Source: Patescibacteria group bacterium (GTDB taxonomy: Bacteria; Patescibacteriota; JABMPQ01; JAQVVF01). From it: a stretch of DNA of 64,000 nt. A program made the position numbers and the translations under genes. The stretch lies in the NCBI GenBank assembly GCA_028699085.1, contig JAQVVF010000002.1:132557-196556 (forward strand), given 5' to 3'. Below are positions 21,067-29,987 of the stretch, in pieces. The notes below the pieces were generated by a model. The model searched no databases. It saw only the letters and a list, made by a program, of their open reading frames with translations, and had not been told where the DNA came from. Numbering within the stretch: position 1 is the stretch's first letter; the number at the start of each line of letters is the position of its first letter.

Positions 21067-21642
21067 TTATTTAATTATAAAAGTCTGCACATCATTATAA
21101 TCAATGTCTTCCTGTCTAAAATACTCTTCGATACTGCAATCATTCAAAACCTTATAAATCGCTGCATTAATTCCACCATGACTAACAATCAAAATATTTT
21201 TATCAGAATATTCGTTCTTAATTTTTTCAACAAATTTCCTTACTCTTTCTACGATTTCTTTTCTTGACTCTCCAGTTCTTCCTAATTTAAAATTATATCT
21301 TTCTTCTCCAGGTTGCATTCGTCTATACCTACGATAATCTTCATCATTTTCTAGCAACTCTTTTTTTGTTCTATCATTCCATTCTCCATAATCATATTCC
21401 GAAACTAAAGGATCTATTACAATTTTTACATTAAACTTTTTATTCAAAATATCAGCAGTCTCACGCGCTCTCAAAACCGGCGAAGTAATAATTAAATCAA
21501 TTCTGTCTTTTATTTTCTTGGTCAATTCATTAACTTCCCTTCTTCCTTTCTCAGTTAACGGGAATTTATCTAGACTACAAGATTTAACATCTAAAGTATT
21601 CTTCTCGCTTTCTCCATGTCTAACAAAAATTAGTTTAATCAT
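21067..21642 (-). CDS. histidine phosphatase (phosphoglycerate-mutase family) protein
   Basis: MIKLIFVRHGESEKN (RHGE), TSPVLRARETA, EYDYGEWN, IVSHGG; start refined to ATG at 21642 (the track's 21654 start is a TTG); first gene downstream of the T-box leader. Confidence 0.8.
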   Translation of the reverse strand: MIKLIFVRHGESEKNTLDVKSCSLDKFPLTEKGRREVNELTKKIKDRIDLIITSPVLRARETADILNKKFNVKIVIDPLVSEYDYGEWNDRTKKELLENDEDYRRYRRMQPGEERYNFKLGRTGESRKEIVERVRKFVEKIKNEYSDKNILIVSHGGINAAIYKVLNDCSIEEYFRQEDIDYNDVQTFIIK

Positions 21643-21652
21643 AACTATTTCC

Positions 21653-21880
21653 AAAAATAAAAACCCTCATACAGAGGGCGATTAAATTCGCGGTACCACC
21701 TCAATTCAATATTAAATATTAAATATTCAATATTCTTATTTAAAAGCTATTACGGGCTTACCCGTACAGATCTAATTGCTAAAAACTTTAGCTTTCTTCT
21801 GTCAACTAATCTGGCGATAACCAGACTCAAACGTTTTTTAATTTACAGCTTTATTCTACCAGAAATACAAATTTTGTCAA
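21653..21880 (-). promoter_or_regulatory. T-box riboswitch leader (promoter, compact Stem I, Stem III, T-box antiterminator, terminator) upstream of PGAM gene / ileS
   Basis: Minus-sense 5'-TTGAGGTGGTACCGCGAATTTAATCGCCCTCTGTATGAGGGTTTTTATTTTT-3' (rc of 21653-21704). Antiterminator helices GAGG/CCTC and GCGA/TCGC with the 7-nt bulge TGGTACC. Terminator GCCCTC-tgtat-GAGGGT plus U-run. Promoter TTGACA (rc 21875-21880), 16-nt spacer, TAGAAT (rc 21853-21858). Hairpin TCTGG-uuAUCg-CCAGA (rc 21810-21825) carries AUC in its loop. Stem III ACGGGtaagCCCGT (21749-21766). Confidence 0.72.
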
Positions 21881-21912
21881 AAATTTGTTATTATTAATTT
21901 ATAATTTAATTT

Positions 21913-24162
21913 ATGATCAAAAAAATCACTCTCAACATTTTTGGCATGCATTGCGCCTCTTGCGCAGCCAACATTGAAAATGCCTTAAAAAAAGAGCCAG
22001 GCATTATTAGCATTAATATAAATTATGCTAATGAAAAAGCTCTTCTTGAAATTGACGACAGCAAAATTAATGTGCAAAAAATTCAAGAAAAAATCATCGA
22101 ACTTGGCTACAAATCTGAACAAGAAAAAATGGAACATCAAGGTCACGGCTATCATTCCCATGCTGATGTTGAAAAAAAATCAGAAATTAACAAACTAAAA
22201 AATCAATTCATCTTTTCTTTAATTCTAGGCTTGCCTCTTATTTATATCGCAATGGGCGATCTTCTTGGTCTTCCAATCCCAACATTTTTTGAAAATTATT
22301 TAATTTATATCGAATTTATTTTAGCAACTGCAGTTATTATTGTTTGTTTCAAAATTTGGATTCAAGGCTTTAAAGCATTATTCAGATTTCAGCCTGACAT
22401 GGACTCGTTAGTCTTTATCGGTACAGCAACTGCCTATTTTTATAGTTTGATAGTTTCTATTATCTCTTTAACAAACAAAAACTTTCAAATGTCTGAGCTT
22501 TATTATGAAAGTTCTGTTTTTATATTAATCTTTATTACTTTAGGAGACTATTTAGAAACAATTACAAAAGGCAAAACAAGCGATGCAATAAAAAAATTAA
22601 TCGGCTTAAGTCCAAAAGAAACAACAATTATTAAAAATAATCAAGAAATAAAAATCAAAACGCAAGATGTTGAAGTTAATGATATTATTTTAATCAGGCC
22701 TGGCGAAAAAATTCCAGTCGACGGCATTATTACCAAAGGCTTTTCAACAATTGATGAAAAAGCAATCACTGGAGAAAGCATTCCTGTTGAGAAAAAACAA
22801 GGCGACAAAATTATCGCTGGAACAATTAACAAAGCTGGCAGTTTTCAATTTCAAGCTACAAAAGTTGGTAATGATACAATGCTTTCTCAAATTATTCGAA
22901 TCGTTGAACAAGCTATGGGTTCAAAAGCACCAATCCAAGAGCTTGCTGACAAAGTTTCCTTCTATTTCGTACCAGTTGTTATTATAGTCGCAATTATTGC
23001 ATTAATTATTTGGCTAATTGCCGGACACACTTTAGCTTTTTCTATAACCATTTTTGTTGCTGTATTAATTGTTGCCTGTCCTTGCGCATTAGGCTTAGCA
23101 ACTCCAGTTGCAGTTATGATGGGAACAGGCCTTGCAGCTTCCAATGGAATTTTAATTAGATCTGGAAAAGCATTAGAGATTGCCAACAAAATAAATATGA
23201 TCGTTTTCGATAAAACTGGGACTCTAACTTTAGGAAAATTAAAAGTTCAAAATATTATCCAAAATCCAAAGCATGATTTTTCAATAGAACAAATTACAAA
23301 AATTGCTAGTTCAATTGCTCAGTTTTCCAACCATCCAATTTCCAAAGCAATTATTGATTACGCAAGATCAAAGCAAATTAAGTTAGATGAATTTAATAAT
23401 TTTAAAGAAATTCAAGGCAAAGGTGTTATTGCCTTTTGTCCAACTCATGACCTGCCAGCTCTAGTTGGCAATACAAAAATGCTCGCTGATCAAGGTCTGG
23501 ATACAACATGGGCAGATTCAATTAATAAAAAATATGCTCACAAAGGAATTGTTGTCTTTGTCGGTCACCATGATAAAGAAGTAATGGGTGCAATAATAAT
23601 TGCCGATGAAATTCGAAAAGAAACTCCTGACGTAATTTCAAAATTTAAAAAAATGGGAATTAAAATCGCCATGATCACTGGCGATAATAAAGAAACGGCA
23701 AATAATATTGCCCAACAAATTGGTATTGATGAAATTTCTGCGGAAATTTTGCCACAAGACAAATTGCAAGAAATCAAAAATTTGCAACAACAAGGAAATG
23801 TTGTTGCTATGGTTGGAGATGGTATTAATGATGCCCCAGCCTTAGCTCAAGCTAATCTAGGAATTGCTTTGGGCTCTGGCACAGATGTTGCAATTGAAAC
23901 TGGCGAAATTATTTTAATTAAAAATGATTTAAGAGACGTATTAAAAGCAATTGATCTAAGTAGTTATACCCTAAAAAAAATAAAACAAGGATTATTTTGG
24001 GCCTTTATCTATAATATCATTGGCATTCCGATCGCAGCCGGAATTTTATACCCATTTACAGGTTGGCTTTTGAGTCCAATGATTGCAGCAGCTGCCATGG
24101 CTTTTTCATCTGTCAGTGTTGTCTTAAATGCCTTATTAATGAAAGGTTATAAAAATAAATAG
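21913..24162 (+). CDS. copA: heavy-metal (Cu+) translocating P1B-type ATPase
   Basis: N-terminal HMA domain GMHCASCAANIE; CPC motif in TM6 (ACPCALGLATP); DKTGTLT; GDGINDAP; 749 aa; no SD, with TATAAT about 8 nt upstream of the ATG (possibly leaderless). Confidence 0.9.
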   Translation: MIKKITLNIFGMHCASCAANIENALKKEPGIISININYANEKALLEIDDSKINVQKIQEKIIELGYKSEQEKMEHQGHGYHSHADVEKKSEINKLKNQFIFSLILGLPLIYIAMGDLLGLPIPTFFENYLIYIEFILATAVIIVCFKIWIQGFKALFRFQPDMDSLVFIGTATAYFYSLIVSIISLTNKNFQMSELYYESSVFILIFITLGDYLETITKGKTSDAIKKLIGLSPKETTIIKNNQEIKIKTQDVEVNDIILIRPGEKIPVDGIITKGFSTIDEKAITGESIPVEKKQGDKIIAGTINKAGSFQFQATKVGNDTMLSQIIRIVEQAMGSKAPIQELADKVSFYFVPVVIIVAIIALIIWLIAGHTLAFSITIFVAVLIVACPCALGLATPVAVMMGTGLAASNGILIRSGKALEIANKINMIVFDKTGTLTLGKLKVQNIIQNPKHDFSIEQITKIASSIAQFSNHPISKAIIDYARSKQIKLDEFNNFKEIQGKGVIAFCPTHDLPALVGNTKMLADQGLDTTWADSINKKYAHKGIVVFVGHHDKEVMGAIIIADEIRKETPDVISKFKKMGIKIAMITGDNKETANNIAQQIGIDEISAEILPQDKLQEIKNLQQQGNVVAMVGDGINDAPALAQANLGIALGSGTDVAIETGEIILIKNDLRDVLKAIDLSSYTLKKIKQGLFWAFIYNIIGIPIAAGILYPFTGWLLSPMIAAAAMAFSSVSVVLNALLMKGYKNK

Positions 24163-24168
24163 ATCATT

Positions 24169-24684
24169 ATGCAAAAAACATTAGATATCGAAATTGAAAA
24201 AGCAATTCGTTTGATTTCAAAATATTTTCCAATATCAAACGAAAACACCAGAAAACCAGTTTTATTTCATGACATCAGAGTTGGAACATACTTATATGAA
24301 AAAAATTATTCTCGCGAAATTATCCTAGCTGGATTTTTACACGACACAATCGAATTCTCTAATATTGATGAACAAATGTTAACAAAAGAATTCGGAGAAA
24401 ATGTAACAAAAATTGTTTTAGCCAGCACTAAAAACAAAGCCTTAAAAAAAGACCAGATAAATGAAGAATTAATAAAACGTTGCGCCGAAAATGGCAAAGA
24501 TGCACTTATTATAAAAACAGCCGATACTATTGATAGTTTTAAATATTATTCAAAAATAAATAATACTGATCAACTTCAAAATCATTGCCTTGTAACTGCA
24601 AATTTGATTTTTAAGTATTTACCGAATAATATTGAAGACCCAATTTTTGACGAACTAAAAAAATGGCAAGAAAAAAATAAATAA
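24169..24684 (+). CDS. HD-domain protein, RelA/SpoT-type (p)ppGpp hydrolase-like (small alarmone hydrolase-like)
   Basis: FHDIRVGTYL...ILAGFLHDTIEFSNID...FGENVTKIVLASTKN matches the Rel/SpoT HD hydrolase pattern (H...HD...ED/E...); 171 aa; 6 nt after copA. Confidence 0.55.
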   Translation: MQKTLDIEIEKAIRLISKYFPISNENTRKPVLFHDIRVGTYLYEKNYSREIILAGFLHDTIEFSNIDEQMLTKEFGENVTKIVLASTKNKALKKDQINEELIKRCAENGKDALIIKTADTIDSFKYYSKINNTDQLQNHCLVTANLIFKYLPNNIEDPIFDELKKWQEKNK

Positions 24685-24716
24685 AAAACGCTACCAAGTA
24701 GCGCAAAGAAATAGTT

Positions 24717-25115
24717 TTATTTATTTTTATCTATTTCCTCAAAGGACACTTCTCCATTGTCATCAATGTGAGCAAGAAAAAACCAACTAGTCAGCCCCTC
24801 AATCTTCCTGATATCATCAATAATTCTTCTTATCTCTCCAATCTGAAATTCCCTATCAGCATCTTCAGAACAACCACACATAATCCTTCCTCCATATGCG
24901 AGACAATCAGTATGCTGAACAAATATTGCACGACTAATTCCCAAACGGCTAACAGCAAATTCAAGATCAGTTAAAACACGAAAGTTATCTTTTGTTCCAC
25001 CAATCAATGTAAATGAATAATGATTAGGTGGCACATCAAAAGATCTCAAAAAATTTTCCAAAGGTTCATTCAATCGGCCATCAACGCAACGAAATACTGC
25101 CCACTTTCCTGCCAT
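24717..25115 (-). CDS. minimal beta-carbonic-anhydrase-like protein
   Basis: Start refined to MAGKW (ATG 25115, SD GGAGGA 8 nt upstream). CVDGR (CxDxR) and HTDC (HxxC) lie ~60 aa apart as in beta-CA zinc sites, but the Gly after Cys is replaced; only 133 aa. Confidence 0.35.
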   Translation of the reverse strand: MAGKWAVFRCVDGRLNEPLENFLRSFDVPPNHYSFTLIGGTKDNFRVLTDLEFAVSRLGISRAIFVQHTDCLAYGGRIMCGCSEDADREFQIGEIRRIIDDIRKIEGLTSWFFLAHIDDNGEVSFEEIDKNK

Positions 25116-25176
25116 TTCCGCCATCCTCCCTCTATCACGACAAGATAAAAAATAACATATTAACAATAACTGTCAA

Positions 25177-25205
25177 TAAAAAAACCGTTAAACATTTTCA
25201 CGGTT
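25177..25205 (-). terminator. rho-independent terminator after PD40 gene
   Basis: Minus-sense hairpin AACCGTgaaaatgtttaACGGTT followed by TTTTTTT. Confidence 0.6.
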
Positions 25206-25243
25206 TTTATTTCGAAATTTTTATAACAACTAAATTAACATCT

Positions 25244-27871
25244 CTACTTTGCTAGATATGCAATCCATAACTCTCCATCTTTGATATAAACCAACCTTTC
25301 ATTATCAACTGACAATTTTAAATAACTATATTTTCCAGACTTTTCAATTAATCTTTTATTCTCACTTCCATCGTTGTTAACAACAGAAATACCCATATCA
25401 TCAGCAAAAAAAATTCTACTAGAATCAGCACTCCAATCAAAAGTAGTTATACTTTTTTCTGCTAAAGTTTTTTTATCCGATCCATCTGGCTTTATAATAG
25501 ACAAATTATTATCTTGTCTAAAAGCAATATATAAACTATTTGGAGACCATTTGTAATCGTAAGATACAGGCTTAACTCCAAATTTTGTTGAAAAACATGG
25601 CAACAATCCTTCAGCTATCAGTCCACTCTCAACGTCTAAAACATTACCAGAATCTTGAACAACCATTTTTGTACTATCAGGCGACCATAAAACAAAACTT
25701 TCTGGATCAAAACCGCCATCTCTACCAAAAACATTATTTCCTCCTAACCTTTTATTTTCAACTACTTTTTCATTTTCTATTCTCAATAACCAAACATCTT
25801 TATCTCCTTTTAATAAAGCAATATATTTTTTATCCGGCGACCATCTGATCCAATTCGTTGAACTCTTTATATCTCCCTCATAAATTATCTTCGGATCAAC
25901 TTCGCCTTTTTTATATAAATATATTCTATTATTCGAATCCAATGCAACAACTTCTTTTCCATCATTAGAGATATCCCAACCAAACCAGTTTTTATTCCAA
26001 TTACTAATTTCTTTTTTATCAACCAAATTTCCATCTTTATCCATCCAAATAATATCTAAATTATTATTCATCAGATTATCATAGACTACAGTTCCATCAT
26101 CAAACCACCTTGTTTTATAACTGCTGCTCAAAGAATAAATTTCATCACCAATCTTTTTAGATTCCTTATTTTCAAGGTTAGTCAAACTATAATAAATCGA
26201 GGGCGAAGTAACGCCCTCATTATTTTTACTAAATACTTCTGATAATATACTTTTACCATTTGGTGAAAAAGTCTGGCCTTTTAGATATTCTTCTTCAGCC
26301 GTAGTCGTAATTTGATCTTCAGATTTAACAGAGATATCTTCATTGCTACTAACTTGAGCTTCTTCTTTTTTCGGCTTATCTGTAAAATTTATCAACCAAA
26401 CTTCATTTCCTGATATATAAGACAATTTTTGGCCATCTGTTGACCATGTAACATTAGAATAGTCTTTATCTTCTTTAGAAACCTGTCGCAAAGAAGTTCC
26501 ATCGGATCCAACCATCCATAATTTTCGATCATTAACATAAATAATTTTTTCTCCATCCGGAGACCAAGTACCAAAAATATTTAATAATCCGCCATCATTA
26601 ACATCTCCTTCTCTATGCAACAACTCAATCCTTTTTGATCCATCTAAATTCATTACATACAAATCAAAAATTGCATGATTTGGATCAGAGTTTATATTAT
26701 CTTTATAATATTCATAAACTAAAACTTTATCTGAAGTTGGAGATAAAACACTTTTCATGCGCGTAAAAGAATCTTCGTCATTAGAAATCAAAGTTTTTTC
26801 TGGATCAATTGAATAAACATTGCTAGAAACATTATCCAGTAGAAATTTATCATTTGCAGACCATATCATATCAACAGAAACATTCGAATTTTCAGGAATA
26901 TAAGTCACTCCCAATCTTTTAAAATCAGCTAAATTCTCTACCTTAGAATCAATTACTCCAACTTCAAAATTATCAAATTTTTGATATACATCTTTATTTT
27001 CTAATCTTTTCAAAAAAGCAATATGATTACCATCATGAGACCATCGCGGATTCAAAAAAACAATTTTATCATTATTCTTTTCTTTTCCTAGACTTCTCGA
27101 CTGTCCTGTTTGCAAATCCTTGATAACGACCTCCCCGCTATTTTTTATTAAAACTATTTTTCTTCCATCAGAAGCAAGATCATAACTAACAGCTTTATCC
27201 AGATCAATACTCGTTAGATTATCGCCACTAAAATTTGTTTTTATTATTTTTCTTTCATTATTAAAAATATCAATTGCAGTTTTACCAATAATTTTCAAAT
27301 CATTTGCCGATGCATGATAAAAAAAATTAGCTAAATCTTTTCTTTCCTTATTTTCCAAAATAAACAATTTTCCTTTCCAAGGATAATTAACATCATTTTC
27401 TTTAGACAAACTCTTATCTTCATCCAAGAAAACTAATCTTGAAGAATCAGCAGACCATGATGAACTCAACAAATTCTTTTTTTCATCATCAGTATCAGAA
27501 ATTTTTTCTTCAGACGAAATTATAAAATTATCCCAATCTAATCGCGCAGCACCAATTGGAATATCCTTTTTAATAACCACTTTATCTTCCAAAACATTAT
27601 AACTCTTTGAAAATGGCCAGAAAGTATACAATTTAGCAACCACAAAATATCCTGCTAACATAACTAAAATAATAACTGGCAATACTAACCAAATTCTTCC
27701 GCCTTTCTTTTGTTTTTTAATTTTCTTAATCTTTTTTGGCTTGATTCTAATTGGTTTAGCTGGTTTTGTCTGTTTCTTTACTTTCTTTTTTAAACTCAAA
27801 ATTGGCTTTTTCTTTAAAGTCTTTTTAGTAATTGTTTTTTTGGATATTTTTTTTACCTTTTTTAACGCCAT
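25244..27871 (-). CDS. membrane-anchored TolB-like PD40 beta-propeller repeat protein
   Basis: Lys-rich N-terminus plus TM (WLVLPVIILVMLAGYFVVA); multiple PD40-type repeats (WSPDGEKIIYV, WSTDGQKLSYI, WSPDKKYIALL, WSPDSTKMVV, WSPNSLYIAF, WSADSSRIFF); 875 aa. Confidence 0.7.
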   Translation of the reverse strand: MALKKVKKISKKTITKKTLKKKPILSLKKKVKKQTKPAKPIRIKPKKIKKIKKQKKGGRIWLVLPVIILVMLAGYFVVAKLYTFWPFSKSYNVLEDKVVIKKDIPIGAARLDWDNFIISSEEKISDTDDEKKNLLSSSWSADSSRLVFLDEDKSLSKENDVNYPWKGKLFILENKERKDLANFFYHASANDLKIIGKTAIDIFNNERKIIKTNFSGDNLTSIDLDKAVSYDLASDGRKIVLIKNSGEVVIKDLQTGQSRSLGKEKNNDKIVFLNPRWSHDGNHIAFLKRLENKDVYQKFDNFEVGVIDSKVENLADFKRLGVTYIPENSNVSVDMIWSANDKFLLDNVSSNVYSIDPEKTLISNDEDSFTRMKSVLSPTSDKVLVYEYYKDNINSDPNHAIFDLYVMNLDGSKRIELLHREGDVNDGGLLNIFGTWSPDGEKIIYVNDRKLWMVGSDGTSLRQVSKEDKDYSNVTWSTDGQKLSYISGNEVWLINFTDKPKKEEAQVSSNEDISVKSEDQITTTAEEEYLKGQTFSPNGKSILSEVFSKNNEGVTSPSIYYSLTNLENKESKKIGDEIYSLSSSYKTRWFDDGTVVYDNLMNNNLDIIWMDKDGNLVDKKEISNWNKNWFGWDISNDGKEVVALDSNNRIYLYKKGEVDPKIIYEGDIKSSTNWIRWSPDKKYIALLKGDKDVWLLRIENEKVVENKRLGGNNVFGRDGGFDPESFVLWSPDSTKMVVQDSGNVLDVESGLIAEGLLPCFSTKFGVKPVSYDYKWSPNSLYIAFRQDNNLSIIKPDGSDKKTLAEKSITTFDWSADSSRIFFADDMGISVVNNDGSENKRLIEKSGKYSYLKLSVDNERLVYIKDGELWIAYLAK

Positions 27872-27935
27872 AATATTTGAAAATTTACAAATTATATGTT
27901 ATTTTTGATGCAACATAACAGCCAAGGAGAACAGA

Positions 27936-28268
27936 ATGGACTTGCAAACAGAATTTGATAAATTAGTTAAAGACTGGAAAGTTCATTGCGAAAAAAATTG
28001 TTTTAGTTCTATTATGAGTATTTTTTATGATTGCGAAGCAGTCAGAAAAATTATTGCGCTTGGATATTCAGCACTGCCTCTCATCCAAGAAGAACTTTCT
28101 GTAAAACACACAATCCCTTACGGCTTTCTCTGGCGACATGTAGTCTACAGCATTGTTCCTGAACTAGAAATCCCAGAAGAAATGCGAGGAAAAGTCAACG
28201 AAATTGAAGCCTTTACATTGCAATGGCTAAACAATAATATCCATCGATTTGCACACCCCACTCCTTAA
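27936..28268 (+). CDS. hypothetical protein
   Basis: 110 aa ORF with SD AAGGAGAACAGA before the ATG; no recognisable domain; terminator follows. Confidence 0.4.
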   Translation: MDLQTEFDKLVKDWKVHCEKNCFSSIMSIFYDCEAVRKIIALGYSALPLIQEELSVKHTIPYGFLWRHVVYSIVPELEIPEEMRGKVNEIEAFTLQWLNNNIHRFAHPTP

Positions 28269-28282
28269 AAAGGAGTTTTTTA
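28260..28282 (+). terminator. rho-independent terminator (bidirectional context)
   Basis: ACTCCTTaaaAAGGAGT followed by TTTTTT; overlaps the stop codon of 27936-28268. Confidence 0.6.
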
Positions 28283-28666
28283 TTTAATTTTTATGACATT
28301 TCCATTCATATCCATCTCCACAAAATGATGTGTTTTACCGGAAATAAAACTCTTACATTGATTTTCTGGTTGATTATCAAGAGCAACTCTTGGATTATGA
28401 ACAATGTCAACTGACCAATCAGCAATTATTTCTTCTGCTAAACAAGGACCAGACGATAAATCAATTTCCTGATTTGCTTTTTGAGCAAATAATTCTTTGG
28501 CCTTTAATTCTGCAATATCTTTCTGTAATTTTTGTTCCGTATTCAAAACCTCAACTCCCAAAGATTGATTAACAGTATTTTGAATATCGTTCTTACAACC
28601 AGCACCTAAAAAAACAAACATTCCAAAAAATAATATCAAAAACTTTTTCATAGTTTTCTCCGTCAT
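28280..28666 (-). CDS. hypothetical lipoprotein
   Basis: MKKFLILFFGMFVFLGAGC lipobox (LGAGC); small secreted protein. Confidence 0.45.
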   Translation of the reverse strand: MTEKTMKKFLILFFGMFVFLGAGCKNDIQNTVNQSLGVEVLNTEQKLQKDIAELKAKELFAQKANQEIDLSSGPCLAEEIIADWSVDIVHNPRVALDNQPENQCKSFISGKTHHFVEMDMNGNVIKIK

Positions 28667-28747
28667 CCTGAACCGCTATGAATGATCCCATAATTATTGC
28701 TAAATTTCGAGATTCTTCGCGTAGCTACAGAATGACAATAAGTAATG

Positions 28748-29893
28748 TTATTTTCCTACAATTTCTTCATAAACTCCTAATGTTTCTCTCGCACATTTCT
28801 CCCATGAAAATTTCTTTACATTTTCATAGCCTTTTTTAATCAAACTATTTCTCAATTCCTGATCTGTCAAAGCCTTTCGCATTGCTTTTGATAATGCATC
28901 AGTATCATAAGGATCAACTAATATCGCTCCATCATCTGCAACTTCTGGCATTGATGTAATATTTGAAGTAATTACTGGTGTTCCAACTTTTTGGGCTTCC
29001 AAAATAGATAATCCAAAACCTTCATAGAAAGATGGAAAAACAAAAAGTGAAGCATTCCTCATTAACAAAGCCTTATCGCTTGATATAATGTATCCTGTAA
29101 AAATAACTTTTTTTGTTAAACCAAATTGTCTGATTGCTCTAAACACATCATCATTATCCCATCCCTTTTTGCCAGAAATAACTAATTGAAAATCATCATA
29201 AGCACTTGTTCCTCGCAAACGATCAAAAGCCTGAATCACTCCCATTACATTTTTCCTTGGCTGAATCGTCCCAACAAATAAAACATATTTTTTTTCTATT
29301 CCAAATTTATTTTTCAAATAGTCTTTTCTTGATTCCGCTGATTGACGTTCATCAATTTTGATATCAACTCCATTATATACAACTGTAACTCTCTCTTCCG
29401 GAATCTGCATAAATTTCACTAAATCCTGTTTTGTATAATTTGAAACGGAAATCACTCTTTTTGCTTTTTTAACACTTTGTGGAACTACAATTCTAGTTGA
29501 AAAAATTTGACCAGGAAACCAAGATTTGTTTTGATAAATCGCCATATCATGAATTGTTACAACCGAATTTTTTGAATAAGCTAATGGAACTGTGCAGGCT
29601 GGAGAATGAAAAACATCAAGCTTTTCACGAGTAACATAGGCAGCTACCAAAAAATGAGAATATGCAATTGGCAAAAAGGTTTTATACTCTATAAAAGGAA
29701 AAAATTTTATTTCCGAATTTCTTTTTTTAAAATGACCAGCATCTCCTACTCTGCGATCAAAAAACAATACATATTTATTTTTTGTATCAATTCTTAATAA
29801 ATTCTCAATCAAATTATAAGTATAATGGCCAACGCCAGCTGCTTCACCTCGTTCTGGATCTAAAATTGTACGACAATCAATTCCAATTTTCAT
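28748..29893 (-). CDS. glycosyltransferase family 4 (GT-B fold)
   Basis: MKIGIDCRTI N-terminus, EGFGLSILEA and GTPVITSN motifs typical of GT4; 381 aa. Confidence 0.8.
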   Translation of the reverse strand: MKIGIDCRTILDPERGEAAGVGHYTYNLIENLLRIDTKNKYVLFFDRRVGDAGHFKKRNSEIKFFPFIEYKTFLPIAYSHFLVAAYVTREKLDVFHSPACTVPLAYSKNSVVTIHDMAIYQNKSWFPGQIFSTRIVVPQSVKKAKRVISVSNYTKQDLVKFMQIPEERVTVVYNGVDIKIDERQSAESRKDYLKNKFGIEKKYVLFVGTIQPRKNVMGVIQAFDRLRGTSAYDDFQLVISGKKGWDNDDVFRAIRQFGLTKKVIFTGYIISSDKALLMRNASLFVFPSFYEGFGLSILEAQKVGTPVITSNITSMPEVADDGAILVDPYDTDALSKAMRKALTDQELRNSLIKKGYENVKKFSWEKCARETLGVYEEIVGK

Positions 29894-29987
29894 AAATGAA
29901 AAATTTAAATCTCAAAATGCAAAATGACAATTTAAAATATAAAATTTTTTATTTTACATTGTCATTTTCAATTTTGATTTTTGCATT

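Noticed and set aside
21655-21760. Possible tRNA or other small RNA gene suggested by GGTACCACC near the PGAM gene, and AATATT tandem repeats (21703-21735) as a possible operator
   Set aside because: No cloverleaf could be built. The GGTACCACC is the reverse complement of the T-box GGTGGTACC bulge, and the AATATT repeats fall in the variable AU-rich linker between Stem III and the antiterminator of the T-box leader.
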